A stretch of 63,972 nt of DNA, filler included, from Kipferlia bialata (taxonomy: Eukaryota): the NCBI GenBank assembly GCA_003568945.1. It is 5 parts of 5 records of this genome, joined end to end, with 100 filler letters (N's around TTAATTAATTAA, not from the genome) between each part and the next. Parts side by side here need not be neighbours in the genome. Positions count along the whole stretch, not along the records: positions 29,941 to 44,785 come from BDIP01000764.1; positions 44,886 to 59,714 come from BDIP01000765.1; 3 more parts are not named here. One strand, written 5' to 3'. Below, piece after piece: positions 38,037 through 53,056 of the stretch. A model generated the notes under the pieces. It saw only the letters and a list, made by a program, of their open reading frames with translations. It was not told the DNA's origin and made no database searches. The stretch's first letter is position 1. Each line of letters opens with the position of its first letter. Position numbers and translations under genes: made by a program.

Positions 38037-41000
38037 TCACGTGGCCATGCATAGCATCTCATTCTCAAACTCTCCAGACACAACATATCCACGGCCAATC
38101 TGAAAGTGAGACCAACGTGGAATGGACCCAATACAGAGCATCAGTGGGATAACACGAGCCAGAGGCCTGACAGATCCAAACATGTATTCAATCATATATA
38201 TCCATAGACACCCCACCTGGCATCCCGTGAGCTTGGCCTTGGGCTCGACCCTGGCCCCCTCGCCCACCACGCAGTCTGCCAGCTCTGCCCCTGCCCCTAT
38301 GTGGACATGGTCCATGACAACACACCTGGGGGGGAGAGAGAGAGGGAGAGAGAGAGAGAGAGAGATGGGCATGAGGACACATCTGGGGGAAGGGGAGACA
38401 AGGGAGAGGTGGCGGATGAGCTCACCAGTTGATGATACTGGTACTCATATGTATACTGACACTGACACTTATCCTGTTGCCTACACTGGACACCCACCTC
38501 TGGAGCCTAGCGCCATCCTCCACGCTGCATGTCCTGCCGACCACAGAGGCACGCAGCACAGCACCTGGGTATCAGACGGGTATCAGACGGGTATCAGACG
38601 GGTATCAGATGGGTATCAGATGGGTATCAGACGGGTATCAGACGGGTATCAGACGGGTATAAGATGGGTATCNNNNNNNNNNNNNNCGGGTATCAGACGG
38701 GTATCAGACGGGTATAAGATGGGTATCAGACGGGTATCAGATGGGTATCAGATGGGTATCAGATGGGTATCAGATGGGTATCAGATATACACTAGTGCAT
38801 GGTACTCATAGGACACACAGCATAGTGCTGCTGTCGAACTCCTCTCTTGACACTGATACTGATACTCCTCACCCTTCTTGATCTCTGAGGTGGGATGCAC
38901 CACACTGTCTGGGGACACCGTGCACACCCTCTTGTCGAACCCGGACTGCCTAGACACATTGAAGCTGATCCCTGGGGTGGGCAATGGGATACAAACACAT
39001 ATACACAGATATCCACATACAGACACATACACAGAAGGGCCAGCGGCGATACACAAATCCAGCTCGACCTATGTATCCGCTTCATGAATCCTGCAGAACA
39101 TATCCTTCCCAGAAACAAAAGAAGTGTATACACCCATCCGAACCTGCGACGCCTGCTGGGTTTGCCACGACCTGGTTGGCCTCCACATAGGCACTCATGC
39201 ACATGACGCGGAGCAGCACAATCTAGGCATGAGTGTCTATGCATATATATATATACGGGGGGGGGGGGGTCAATGCCAATAGTCACACAACGAAGACACA
39301 GGGCAATGTCAGAGTGGGAGAACTGTAAGCCTGTAGGTGAATGTACACCAGTACACCAGTCTACATATCATAGAGTACACCAGTATACATGGCATAGAGT
39401 GCCCACGGCAGATGCACCCACCGCACTGTCCGTATCGTCCTGTCTGTTTCCCTTCTTCTTGTTCTTCTTGACGAACTTGGCGCCCTCCTCCACCACTGGG
39501 GGTCTCCCCACCCTCTCCTTGGGGTCCGGGATGTATGCTATGAACCGGAGGGGGTCGGACACATGGGCATCGTCCCTGGCCTGGGGTGGGGGTGGATATG
39601 TATATATAGACTCACATACACTGATACACACTGGTAGTACTCCTCTCCACACTGGATATGAATATGCAACGGGCTGACAAACAATATACGGATGCTCACA
39701 TTCAGTATAGGCATATCCATATGTAGTAGTATACAAATAGTACATAAACCATCCTCTCTTTCTAATGCTGATCCTTACCTGAAGACGTCTATCCAGGGCT
39801 GGGGCCAGCCCCCCCACACTCGCAGTGAGGTCGAAGGACGTGTCGCCTGAGGTCAGAGTGCTACATAGGTGTTATATATATCAAACACGATATATCAAAC
39901 ACGATCATTGAATGGTCTGTCAAGGGATGCGAGGTGGGACTGGAAATACTCATATACCAGAGGTACTTGAGGAAGGTACCACTGGTACACATCTACAGAC
40001 AATACAATGGAAATACAGTACTATTCAAATATGATTTCCAATACACACCCAATACACATACCTACTAGTGTCAGGTTAGGAGATACAACAAACATACATA
40101 CAAAAATGGGTAGATGTACAATAGTTATCCAACACACACATATATATACACCCACATACCTACAGGGGTCATGCTGCCAGACGCCAGGGAGGAGGGAAGC
40201 CTGGGGTGAGAAGGGTCTGACAAGATACGGTTATGAACCAATATATACAATGAATATATATATTGGCATTGAACAGTGATATGTGTGGGAGCGTTTACTG
40301 TTCCCAAGGGTCGCTCAAATCGAGTACCCCTCATACTGTGTGTCTCTCACTTACACATACAGTGCCACCCCACCTGCTCCTGTCGTTGCCCATGAGAGGG
40401 TATCTGTGCTGCATGTGGTTGGACACGTCTGCTGTCATGTCCCTCACCCACACAGACCTAGGAGTCAGGGTACGGGTATCACAAGTATAGACATACATCA
40501 CACACATATATACACTGAGGGGTCATATACGTAGTATAGGCCACACAAGTCTACAACATACATATCCACCCACTGCCCCCCCCCCTACCTCTGCTCCGGG
40601 GGCAGGTGGGACTGGTGGATCAGCACAGTGAGGGCATCGTCAAAGTCCTGGATGTCCTGACATCAGTGTTTATGGGTATGTATATGACATCAGTGCTTAT
40701 GGGTATGTATATGACATCAGTGCTTATGGGTAGTGGTGTGTATATGCTGACACTGACACTGCGACGCACAGGCTGGAAGAGACAACCATACACACATATA
40801 CATATATATATATATATACATATATACATGTGTATATGACCACAATCCTATACAAGCCGGTACCTCAGGTGCGTGCCGGAGCGTGTCGCTGAGACCAGAG
40901 ACCAGCAGGGAGTTGATGACAAAGATGCCTGGCATCTGGCCATACACCTGGGGTATGAATATATAATATATAATATTGCTATCTGACGATTGAATACAAA

Positions 41001-43436
41001 TATAGACATACATATTAATATACATATATATGAATATATAGCAGTGTGCACACCTTGAGGTGCATGCGACTGTTGCCGTAGAGAGTGCTCTTAGGGATGA
41101 CGATGTTGACACCCTCCTCCTGGTGGGGCAGCATCCTAATAGTAAGGGGGTAGGCACACACAGGCATACTCAGGCATACTCAGTCACACAGAGTCATACA
41201 GAGTCGCACTCAGTTATACAGAGTGATACGGAGCTATATAGAGTCATACAGAGCTATACAGAGTCATACAGAGCTATACAGAGTCATACAGAGTGATACA
41301 CAGTGGTACTCAGGGAGTACATCTAGTGAATGTGTGACAGAGAAGTATCTACAATCAAATCGGGTACCTGTAGTACGACATCTCGAACTCTCCCACCCTC
41401 TCATTGACACCAGACCCAGGCGGGACGGCGGCAGGCTTCTTACCCTTCAACTAGGGGTAGAGGGAGAGGGAGGTGGGTTCACAACAATGCACAACCAACA
41501 CACACATACAGCACTGGATACCTTGATGGTCTTGTCGACGAAGACAGGGTTGGTGATTGTGAGGGACGAAGGAGAGGCCTGGGCCTGGGGTGACTAGTCA
41601 CTAGTGACACACACACTAGCATATAGGACATAATACAAGTATACATCCAATACAAATACACACCCATGCCTCCACTCTGATACACCCATGCCTCCACTCT
41701 GATACATATAAACATATGATACATAAAATGAGGTACTGATACACTCACGTGTACACTGCCGGGCCCTGTGCCCTGCAGGGGACTGATACCCAGGGCATAC
41801 ACCCCGTCACTCTCCTTCCTCGGGACACTGTAGTTCTAGAGTGAGGCAGATGGGGTGAACGCTATTGCATGAGTGTCAGTAACCTGTATCTACCCATCTG
41901 ATATATATCTGCTGTATGCATGCCCACCTTGGGGGTGAGGGGGTCTGACACAAGCATAGTCAGGGCAGCACGGTTCACACGGTGCGAGTCCACTGGGCAT
42001 TAGGGGGAGGAGAGTACATATATACAGTGGGTGAACAGGGGTACGTATATATACACGTACCCAGCCCAAAGAGGGGCATGGTGGTGAGTGTCTCGCCCCT
42101 GATCACCAAAAGGTCATCGATGCCTGGGGGTTGGTATATACGCGCCGATATGAATACTGACGGAATTACACTGGGGATACAAAAGAAACAGTGAAGACGA
42201 TGGCAGATACTTAACTTATATATGAAACAGTACACAGATACAAGACAACTATGCCTGGACCACAAGACTATCCCGGGATGACACATATCATTGATACTCG
42301 CAATACTAGGAACTCTATGCATACACCAATGGTATATCCACACAGACCTCTTCCCTCGCCTCCGACTGTGGGGTAGTGGAGCTTAAGGAACTCGGACTCG
42401 TCCTTGTGTGGGAGGGGGGGATAGGGTGATGAAATCTTTACCACCCGTCACTGAACAGAAAGTGAGTAGTATGGAGTAAACAGACTATGGAAAGGGACAC
42501 AAGATGCCACAACGTAACACTGAACACTTATCAACTGAACAGGCACTATTGATACTGATACTAACCCAACAAGGGAATCATATATAAACATAGAGGCAGA
42601 CGATACAGAGACATATACTGGTATCCCTACCTTAAGCACCGCCTCAAGAGCAGCGATCATGCATAGACTTGATTCCTCCCTCTCCGCCTCCCCTTCTGCC
42701 TCTGCCTCTGCCTCTGCCTCCAGAAGGTCCTTGGGGACACCCGTCTCCAGTGACACGACATCCACAAACTGAGTCAGAGTAAGGGCAGAGCTGGTTAGCA
42801 AAGAGGGCTGATAGACAGAGATGTATAAAGCTAGTAACCTATAGCGTGCTGATATGTAGGCTATCAGGGCAGTGGAAGAGGGTGATGTGTACATCTCTAC
42901 GGCAGACAGATCCCACAAGATACGTGATACGGCACCACACTCTTACTCACCTGGTTTTCGGCTGGGTCAATGTATCCAGCATCGATCAGATCTGCCACCA
43001 CCTGGGGTCACAGCAAGGTAGCACAAGGATTACCAGGTCCCCAAGAGGAATCAGTACACATACACCGGTTACCTTCATAATACTATCCCTATGGAGCTGG
43101 GATGTCACAATGCTCACTCCCCTGACAGTTAACTGGAAGCTGGTATCCATAACGACCACTACTTAGTCAACAAGGGAAGTACTACTGGGAAAGAAGGAAT
43201 GATATATATCCAATACCTAAAACCATGGAGCTTCAGCAGATGAAGCTGGTAGTATAGAAGAGGCCTGTTGGCAACGGGAAGCAACGATGGGGGGAGCTCA
43301 AAAGTGAATGGTGGGATCAGCGGGTCTGCCAGACCTGCCAGGATGACAGGGTGAACTCCTGATATCAGAACCCATGTGACTGTGCCAAAACAACGCACTG
43401 GTGCTTCTGAATACTAGTACCTGCGTGGCTGGGCAT
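38037..43436 (-). CDS. EIF2B3: Translation initiation factor eIF2B gamma-like subunit (NTP-transferase-like plus left-handed beta-helix)
   Basis: MPSHA|GVHPVILAG..LPPSLLPVANRPLLYYQLHLLKLHGF at the N-terminus. AYVEAN, then hexapeptide repeats (ASVVGRTCSV, CVVMDHVHIGAGAELADCVVGEGARV..LTGCQ|IGRGYVV) at the C-terminus. No W2/HEAT domain, which favours gamma over epsilon. Confidence 0.72.
38568..38785. repeat. Intronic 11-bp minisatellite (GGGTATCAGAY)n with internal N gap
   Basis: Direct tandem units with no unique spacers. Confidence 0.95.
41180..41300. repeat. Intronic 10-bp minisatellite (CAGAGTCATA-like)
   Basis: Degenerate tandem decamers in an eIF2B-gamma intron. Confidence 0.85.
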
Positions 43437-44728
43437 CGCAAGTACTGGTACTGTCCAAGAGAGTCATTATGAACACAAGGTACATCGCCTGCTAGACCCT
43501 TATTCTCCACACATCATTTGTTTGAATTCTACACGTTTTCAAGACAGAGTGTTAGGTGTGTTAGATGAAACCTGAGAGTGCCGTACCGTGACTAGCGTAT
43601 TGTTGACTATTGAGTACTACTTGTAGTATATACCCATATTAATCTGTGTTATGTGTGATATTGTAGTATATATATTGCCACCAATCGTATTACCCATGTA
43701 GAGACGACTGCACACTACGGTAGTTTCTGGTGAAGGACTACAGTACAGAGTACATGTTTGCTCACCCTCCTGGAGTAGGGTTGCACGTACGGTGTCCAGA
43801 CCCGGCGGGGGGGCCTCATACTCCCACCCTTTGGCTGGGTTTTGGACGAGACCCTATATGTTCATATGTGTTCATCCCAGCTAGAGTAGGCAGGAAATCG
43901 TTTCCAAACGGCATCTACTTCTCTATACATACAGTGTTGGTCTCATTAGCGTCCTTGACTAGCAAATCATGAGTATATACGAACCAAACAGGCATCCATA
44001 CCCACCAGGTATTAATGGGGTGTCCATTGTGTCTGAGTAGTGATGATAATATGAAACTCCATGTGTGTGGCCGTTACGAGAGTAGGGTTTTTCTTGGAAA
44101 CGCCGACCGTTCACAACCGTAGACTCTCACAGGTGACTGTAGACAGCAAGAATACTGCACCATATACCTCTACAGTGTCACTTAATGTCGTCTGAGACCT
44201 CTCTGAGTAGTAGTCACATAGTAGTATCCCATCAGCTCATATGACTTGAGAGCCGGTACTATGGTCTGCCAATAGACCGTTCCTATACCATATACAATCG
44301 TACAGGTGATCGTGGCACTTTCAACCTCAAGCTCTCTCCCAAATCAGCTCATATCTAGACCCCTTCTTGTCAAGACGTGACCCGACGCCCATATTGGAGT
44401 ATGTACAGCTTTGACATGACCTCTATACATCAAATATGTTGTCTTGATTCTACATATTTTCTTTGGAATATTCTCCCTTCCCTCTCCAACAGGAGTCAGC
44501 CGGAATACCTGCATCAGTGATCCTACACCCTTTTGAAGTTGTCTTTTTGCCTGAGTCAAGTGAAGCAGTCAACTCGTTCTTTTACACCAATCTGCCCCTT
44601 TTGCTTTGTCTTAAGGTATATATATATGTTACTTATGCAGCGCAGGAGTGATATGAAGGTTATTGGTGTATTTGTACCTGAAAGCGGCTATCTACCTTCC
44701 CCAAATCACTCTCTCAGCTCTTGCCATT

Positions 44729-44785
<57 letters not shown>

Positions 44786-44885
44786 NNNNNNNNNNNNNNN
44801 NNNNNNNNNNNNNNNNNNNNNNNNNNNNNTTAATTAATTAANNNNNNNNNNNNNNNNNNNNNNNNNNNNNNNNNNNNNNNNNNNN
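44786..44885. other. Artificial contig-joining spacer, flanked by (TC)n microsatellites
   Basis: N44-TTAATTAATTAA-N44. Confidence 0.97.
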
Positions 44886-44932
44886 CACCTCTCTCTCTCT
44901 CTCTCTCTCTCTCCCTCTCTCTCCACCCTCAG

Positions 44933-47900
44933 GTCAGTGATATCTCCACCATGCACATCGACCTGTCGGGACAGACGGAGGAGGGGAGTGATATGGTATG
45001 TCACTATATGAGATAACAGTTGAGTCTACCCAACAGAGTAACGGAGGGGAGTGATCTCTCTATCTCCCCCCCCCCTCTCCATCCCCCTCTGTATCTCTCC
45101 CTCTACCTCTCACCCCTCCAGCTGTGAGTCTACCAGCACAGTCTGACTCTCTCTTTCTCTCTCCCTCTCTCCCTCTCTCTCCCGCCCCCTCACCCCTCCA
45201 GCTGTGGGTCTACCAGTGCAGGTGCGTTGGGGACAAGTACCATGTGTCCAGTCAGGACTGGCAGACGGTATGCAGTATATCTACATCCTCTCAGTTACAC
45301 TGTACCCACGATACCATGCTCGTGTTCTCACTTTCCCTCCCTCACTCCCAGCACTACACTGGATACTTCTGGGACTCCCTTGACTTCGTATTTGACCAGA
45401 GGTGTGTGTATATACATGTATATCGACTCTCATACACGTTTGACAGTTGTATACCTGTTATAGTGTAGGTACATGAACTGAGTTATCATAACTGCTCCCT
45501 CTCCCTGTCTGAACAGGCTTTCAGTACCCCCACCCATATACTCCTCCCAGTGTATCCACAGACAACTGTGTTGTGCTGGAGTTCATTACAAGTGCCTCTG
45601 GGGGTGGGAAGGGCTGGACATGCACATACACCACAGACCTAGGTACAGCAGTAATTGATACGCACTTCATTTAGATATGATGCATACCCCAACCCCCACC
45701 TCCAGAGTATGACTCCGAGACTGTGTATCTGACAGACCCCGCTGGGGACTTCGCCAGTGACAGGTATCCAGTTGTCGTATTGTATTTGTTAATTAACCCA
45801 CCACCATCCCCTGACCCCTCTCTGCTCCATCCCCTCTCTCCTCCCAGTCATTGGATAACTGTCTGGCTGTGAGGTTCAAGACAGACGGTGTAACACCTGA
45901 GGGGGCAGATCTGTCAGGCATCCAGTGCTCATACACAAGCACACAGGGTGAGATACTCCATTTGATCCCTCCATTCTAGTAGTGTTAGTTCTTGCAGGGT
46001 TTCTGGATTGGCATTCACCTTCAGGCTCCTATGATGTGTCCACCACATACCTGACCACATTGAGTCAGACATTCGCTAACACGAGGTACAGGACATGGCA
46101 CATATATCACTTGTGACATACCTATCCCAGGTTTTGTGGATCACTTATGTGACATGCCTCTGTGTTGAAGTGCACATCTAACAAGTACCAATACGTTGAA
46201 GTCACACCAGATACGCCCCCACCACCAAGGACACATGGGTAATAAACCCAGAGGAAGACATTGCATCAGTCACACTGTCGGTGAGTGGCTATACATTCAG
46301 GTTTCGCTAATTGCACATATAGTCATTCGTGTATAGTGTATACTGTCTCACCCCAGGTCAGTGGGAGTGTGTCCAAGACAGACACTGTAGAGGTGTATGT
46401 GGCACACTGTGATGGGAGTCAGTCCACACCAGATCTAGACACAGCTGATCTACTGTACACTGGGTGAGGGTAGCGACATCTCACTGGTCACTGCTATTAA
46501 TTTACTTACAATTCAGGGGGCTAGCTACTTCTCACTGGTCACTGCTATTGGTGTATCATATCAATAAGCTTACCACTCAGGCATGGAAAGTTTTTCGCCA
46601 AGGAGCTTTCTGTTCTCTTTGACCCTTCTGCTGTCACTACTGTTGCCGTGAGTGCCAACTGTGTAGTGGTGCAGATGACTACTGACGGCGGAGACATGGG
46701 TGAGTGTACATCGGTACCCACTCTTTCTACACTATCTGTACTCACCTCAGTTGGTACTGGGTTTTCATGCACCTACACCGCCTCTCCCTTTGTGTCTGCA
46801 GACACCCTGGTAGCACTACCCACCTTGACTGAGGGGCAGACTGGCACACTGTCTCCAGAGTCACCTTACAATGGCCAGGTCAGAATGACAAGACTGCGGT
46901 ATATATTAAATATATATATATATTCTATATACTATATACTGATAGTGAATCATGATTATTGTCATACCCTCACTATCCTCACTTAGGACTCCCTGTGGTA
47001 CTATCTGGATGAGAACATGTACTACGGTACCATTAAGTGCCAGGGGGAGCTAGGAGGAGACATCAAGTCGGGCATGTACGTGCATCATGCTGCTATATGT
47101 ATATATATATGAATATATGTGTGTGTATATTGACGCTATATGTATGCAAGTGAGTACTCTACCCCCTTACTCCAGTGCAGACCACCTTGTTGTGGGTCAG
47201 GCAGTGTGTGCAACAGATGGGACCATCACACACAAGACAGAGAGAAACCACCAGCAGGGACCATCGGTGGGTGAATGCATGTATACAATGTATACGATCA
47301 ATACGCCTATAACGACTGTGCTGTAGCTGCTGTCTGATTGCTCACATCAGGACAGTGTCAACTTGATCACTGACATTGCTACCGCGAGACATGAGGGGTT
47401 CAACTGCTGGTGAGTGTATTTATGTGTGCTTGTGTTATTGTGTATAGTGAATGTACATATGCAACTGTGCGTGTATCATGAGTCTCCCTCCTTACGTGGT
47501 TGACATGCTAAGACGACAGGTATGTTGAGGACACCACCATGTGACTATATTTGTATTTGTATTATAGTATTTGTGCCTATATATGTGTTGACATCCAGGT
47601 ATGTTAGGTACACCACCAATACCCTGCACATGGGGTCAGGGGGCATATCCTGCCAGTACACTGTAGATGACTATGACACTTGGACAGAGTACATGGTGGA
47701 GACACAGGCATCATTTGCCAACAGGAGGTGGGGGGATATCATTCTACACATAGTTTATTGACTGAACATCTCAACTGAATCGCATTTTTTAGTGTTCTGC
47801 TCTTTTCACACACTGATGCTCCAGGTACATGTCGTACCAGTATGATGAGTGGGTTGTGTACCCAGGGGGTATGGTCAGTGCTGACCTGGTCTGCAAGGGT

Positions 47901-48641
47901 ACCCTGGGGGAGGTACGGGGTCACTATCCTGCATAAAAGTAATACTTCTGGCTATGTATATATCACTGTGGCAGCCTATTTACCCAGGATGACTACGTAA
48001 CTGTACACTCCGCTGTGTGTACGGGACACAAGGACGGATCTATCACTACATCAGGGGGCGACGCCAATGTAAGTCTGTTGTGGCTGTGTTCTCTCAGCAT
48101 CGTGTGGGTATTCTGATCCTCATCGTGTAGATACTCTGCTCCTAATGTTAGGCCCAACAGAGTGGGCGCATCAGGATCTCTGAGACACTAGACTTTGACC
48201 CTTCCTTCACCACCCACAACTGTTTCATAGTTGCACTAGAGACATTCCGAGTCGAGGACGTCGGCAGGTATGCCCTGAGTGTTGATCGTGATGATATACG
48301 TACCCTTCTTATCCCCAGCCGCAGCATCTCTTGCACCTACACTGCGACCCTTGCTGCTACCCAGGGTATGCCCTGGTATGGTGTCGCCCTGATAGCACTT
48401 GGGGTGCTAGTGCTATTGGGAGGGGGCGGGTACTTCCTGCTGTGGCCAAGGTGAGTGAGTGTCTAAATACTTACACACTGCTCACTCCTAACTAACCCAT
48501 AGGTATGGCCACAAGCTGACTGGCAAGCTTGACCTAGAGGCTGGCCAGGAGGACCTACCCATTATGAGTGGCATAGACGCTAAGGAGGCGGGGGAGGGGG
48601 CATATGGGAGTGGGGTCGCAGAAGGGCCGGAGACTGTCTGA
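44933..48641 (+). CDS. Type I membrane protein with at least 5 tandem CUB-like repeats, 5'-truncated
   Basis: Repeated NC-hhh..G-h-x-CxYT motif, CUB-like LTDPAGDFAS and YAPTTKDTWVI segments, C-terminal TM helix WYGVALIALGVLVLLGGGGYFLLW and a short tail ending GPETV*. Confidence 0.6.
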
Positions 48642-48899
48642 GACAAGAACTCTACCAGGAAGTAAGATTAAGGCAAAGGATGTTAGGTTGGCCAGTAGAT
48701 GATATGTGTCAGTGCCAATAGAGCATTGAACCGTGTTGGAGATGTGTGGTATTGAGTCACGATCGGTATATAGTATGGACTGTACTGTGACTAGTCGTGG
48801 CAAGTCAAGCGGTGCAAGCGTTTCACCCTACACGGAAGGTCATCCTACACGCAAGCCCTATACGGTGGACTCTCACCCCCATGCTTCTCTTCATCCAAG

Positions 48900-50539
48900 A
48901 TGCAACTCCTACCGGTTGTTGTATGTGCTGTGTTACTGCTGGGCAGTGTGGTGTGTGATACTCCCACTGGCACTGTGGGGCGGGTGGCTGAGGCCCTCAT
49001 CCAGGCAGTGCAGGACAACATTGCCTACACGGAAGATGAATCCCCCTCTCTCGCTGGCTCTGCCAAGGAGACTCCCTACATCGACAGCTATGGGATCTCC
49101 TGGTTCACAGAAGAGTACGGCAGCTTCACTTTGGACCTGACTGGAGATGCCAGTAATGCAATTGTGTGTCCCGGGGTGGGGAGCAAGAGGGTGAGGTATG
49201 ACATTGTGTATGTATATGTAACAATTATTCTCCATCCTCAATCGATTTACTCTCTGACACTGACACCAGGTGTACTGTTTCACCAGAGGAGGCACAGGGG
49301 CAGGATGATATCCAGGCATGGCATAGTTATCCACACATATATTCGTTCCGTGTAGGGTGTAATTCCCTTCGCTCTGTGTCTGATACCCCATTCTCCCTAG
49401 GATACCATTCATCACCCTTAGGCCAACCGGTTCCACGGTAACCCCTCCACCCACTCGTTCGAGGAGTCCACCTTCTTCTACTCGGCTAGGACTAGAGCAG
49501 AGGACTATACGGAGGTGGGAGGATACAACCTATACCAGCAGTGTCAGTGGATCCCTCATATATATATATGTATATACATATATATACACACATCAGCAGT
49601 TGACTTACCCAAGCTCGATGTCACCTACACGATGACCGATGACCAGAACTGCATCATCCTGGCCACAGGGTCTGACGTTGCTGGGGCCAGTCTGACCTGT
49701 GTCTATGGGGATGCAGACGAAGACCCCACTGTCTCCACTGTCACTCCCTATGCCATCGACACCGAGGGCACCCCCTGGTACAACCAGGAGGAGGGGTCAT
49801 TCGAGACAACCGTCTTTGACTATGTAAGTAGACACATAATACTACACTCAATTCTAACATAGCTTATCCAGTGTGTTTGGGGATACAGTGCCACGCTGGC
49901 CCCTTAACATGGCATATATGCATGTGAATGTATTTACTATATATACACCCTGACCCCCAGGATGACGAGGCCCATGCTATGCTGTGCCCAGGGGCAGGGT
50001 CTGTCAGAGTGCAGTGTGAGGCCATGGGGGTCACTGCCCCTGACTCCAGTGTCCCGACTGACTGGATAGGTGTCATGGGTCTCTACGAGGTACACACTCA
50101 CTATACATACACATAGTCACTTCCTATGTTACCTCTTGCGTTCCCTGTACCAACCCCCCAGATTGAGGTCTCCTCCCGGTGTCTCACTGATGCTGAGTAT
50201 GTGGCAACCACTACTGACGACATCATCGGGTACCCAATCACTGAGACCAGCACTGCGTTCCTCTACTCCTTCGACCTGGTCTTTGACCTCGACAAGGACA
50301 CCCACTGCCTCTTCATAGAGATGGACAGAGACAGAGACACGGACATGGCAAGTGGCTTCGCATGCACCTACAGCGCGGCCGCAGACCCTCCCACTGGGGA
50401 CAAGCCCTTCAACCTCGCCCTGGTGATTGGTGTTGCGGTGGGTGTGGTTGTTCTACTGGGAGTGGCTGTGGCACTGGTGCTTGTGGTGAGGAAGAGGAAC
50501 GCAGAGAACTCACCAAAGTCTGTGGCAGTGTCTCTCTGA
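48900..50539 (+). CDS. Shorter paralogous type I membrane protein (signal peptide, 2 CUB-like repeats, TM helix)
   Basis: Signal peptide MQLLPVVVCAVLLLGSVVC; repeats NCIILATG..LTCVY and HCLFIEM..GFACTYS; TM LALVIGVAVGVVVLLGVAVALVLVV followed by RKR. Confidence 0.65.
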
Positions 50540-51425
50540 TTGCATACAGTACTAAATGGATAGTGTTGACGCCTATTTGGCTCTGCATATACCTGAAATT
50601 CTGTTGATCGTGATGACTCATTTCCTTTATTGTAAGGCACAACTGCAGCAAACATAGTATCGGAAGTACTGATTCGGTACATACTCTCAGAGTTAGAGGG
50701 GAAGGCGATACTTTACCGAAGCCTTGTATTCTTTCTTTGCTATAAGGCGAAGGGACATGTTATAATAGGTGTTGATACTCTGGGCGTGCCCATCTGAAAT
50801 ACACTACTAGGTGAAAATACATTTCATACAGGATTGGCAATATCAGACACCCTTCCCTCACTCTAATGCAAGCTCAACAATTCCTCGTGATGGGACGGAG
50901 TCGAAGCAATTTGTCCCTCTGAGCAATAGAAACTCATTTCAGTTGAACGACAAATTCTTGCTTTCATTCAGCTCTGTGGGTCGGTGTGAGAATTAGTGCC
51001 TTAACAGTGCTCGCATGCGTGTTTGGGCTAGTTTGCCAACCTTCGTATTTGTTGAATGCATGGTATGTTCTGGGATATATTTGGCATGTGGTGATGCACA
51101 GGGAGGGCTATAGATAAGTCAGCTCCGGACTCATCTATCAGAGTTAGTATCCAGAGAGTGTGACGTGTCACAATACCCAGGAACATAGGAATATCAATAC
51201 AAATATGTGTGGAATGAACAGAGCGAGCAGCTTGCATATCAGGCAATCTGACTCTGACTCCAATAACTCAAGGATGACTAACTCTCTATTCTAAGCACAA
51301 ATATGCACTACAGAGCCGCTGGTGTCTACACCCTATACTACTATAATAGCATATGGATATATCCCACCGACACTACTGCACACATCTACACTCTCAGCTG
51401 CTACTGGCTGTGTGAGACTTAGTCC

Positions 51426-52924
51426 TCAAGCATAGACCCAGTTGAACACTCCTCTCTTGCCCACAGGGACTCTGTGGCGCACCTTCCCTGTCTCGTAGTA
51501 GTCGTACAGAGCGCACTCTGTTCCATAGTCCTCGCTGTTGTCCTCCACCCTGCACCTCCTGTTCTGGTGTTGGATAGAGCCATACTGCCTCACACATATG
51601 CTATGATAGCTCACGTCGCCATCCATATGGTATAGTGATAGTGTATGTGTGAGTACTCAGCCAGGGTATTCCATGGTCCATACCATAGTTATATGATATA
51701 TATGAAATATATGCATTCCGTAGTCCATACCATGCGGAGGGCCTCCTTGATCTGACTCTTGGTGCTCCTACGGGCACAGGTGTCAATCCTGACAATGTCG
51801 TCACCCTTCTGGAACGTGAGGTTGTATGCATTCAGATACATTGGAGATTATTCAACAGTCGCATCCTAGACATCTAGTAGAAAACACCAGACATGTGAAT
51901 GTTTTTCACAATACACAGATACATGCTACCCAATAGCAGATTCTACAAGTGGAGGCATAGATGCATCTGATACCATTGTCACGTGATCAGCAGCATATAT
52001 ACTACACACTGTGTATAACACACCTTGGCCAGGAACCATGGCTCTGCCTCCTCCGGCATAGAGGCAAGGGTCAGGTCGGGGTGGCCGTGAGAGCCGTACC
52101 ATGAGGTGAAGACAGGGCTGCCTGGGTGAGTATAGGGTAGCAGGTATCGACAATGACAGGCGAGTAGGCATAGGGTCTCAGACAGAGTGTACGTGAGGTA
52201 AGGAACCCACCTGAGGTCTTGAAGTAGGCACCGAAGGCCTTGACACGTATGCGCCACTGACGCAGCTCCCTGTGCAGATCGTCGTGGAAGGACTCGATGT
52301 CTGGATATCAGAACTGTGTACACGATACTTGTAAAACAATACTAGATATCCACTCATATCATCTACCCATTGTACAGCAGAGATCGTACCACACAATGTC
52401 ATGACAGTCAAGTATATGTTCAGGTCTACAGTGGATAAAGGTACCACTCATATACACTATTGACATATAGCATACACTGTTGACATACCCTCATACTCAT
52501 CCTGGCTGGGTGTCTTGACGGGCACCAAGAGGTATACATCCTCCTGTGCCTTGTAGCAGAGGCACTTCCTGTAAGCCTCAATGTCATAGTCTCTTCCGGT
52601 GTTGGCCTTCTGGGGGTGGGGTGGGATATATACACAGGTAGCAGACGATCAACTTCAACCTCCTCTTTCCATATAAGAAGAAGTAGTACTTTGCTACATA
52701 CCCTGGGAGACCCTCGCCAGGAGAGAGTATGGTTGGATAGGCATGAAAGATTCATATAGATTCCGCTATGTTTCCCAATGCCATAACTATTCTGAATATA
52801 ATGGTGGACTATTGGACCTATATATAGTATTGGTACGTACCAGGCTCTGTCCGAACTCACGGTACTGGCGGATGAGCAGCCTGGTCTTCTTCTGCTCCCT
52901 GCTCTCTGTCTTGGGGACCACCAT
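51426..52924 (-). CDS. Hypothetical protein, multi-exon
   Basis: MVVPKTESREQKK..QSL|NSYGIGKH..|KANTGRDYDIEAYRKC.. through ..GVFNWVYA*. The first exons join in phase. No family recognised. Confidence 0.5.
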
Positions 52925-53056
52925 ACTTGTCTCGTCGGTTGCTCTGTAAAGAAGCAGAGTCTCCACCGTTAAAAGATATGTAAAAAACTACCTAAGGGTC
53001 CAAAGTGACTCACCTATGTGAGGTCAGAAGATCACTCTTGTTCGTAGGTCCCTTGG

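Noticed and set aside
38568..38785. GGGTATCAGAY array as telomere or CRISPR
   Set aside because: Spacer-less intronic minisatellite inside the eIF2B-gamma gene, not at a contig end.
43500..44785. Possible gene or RNA gene in this intergenic stretch
   Set aside because: Only short ORFs with no motifs; no tRNA or rRNA fold recognised here or elsewhere in the window.
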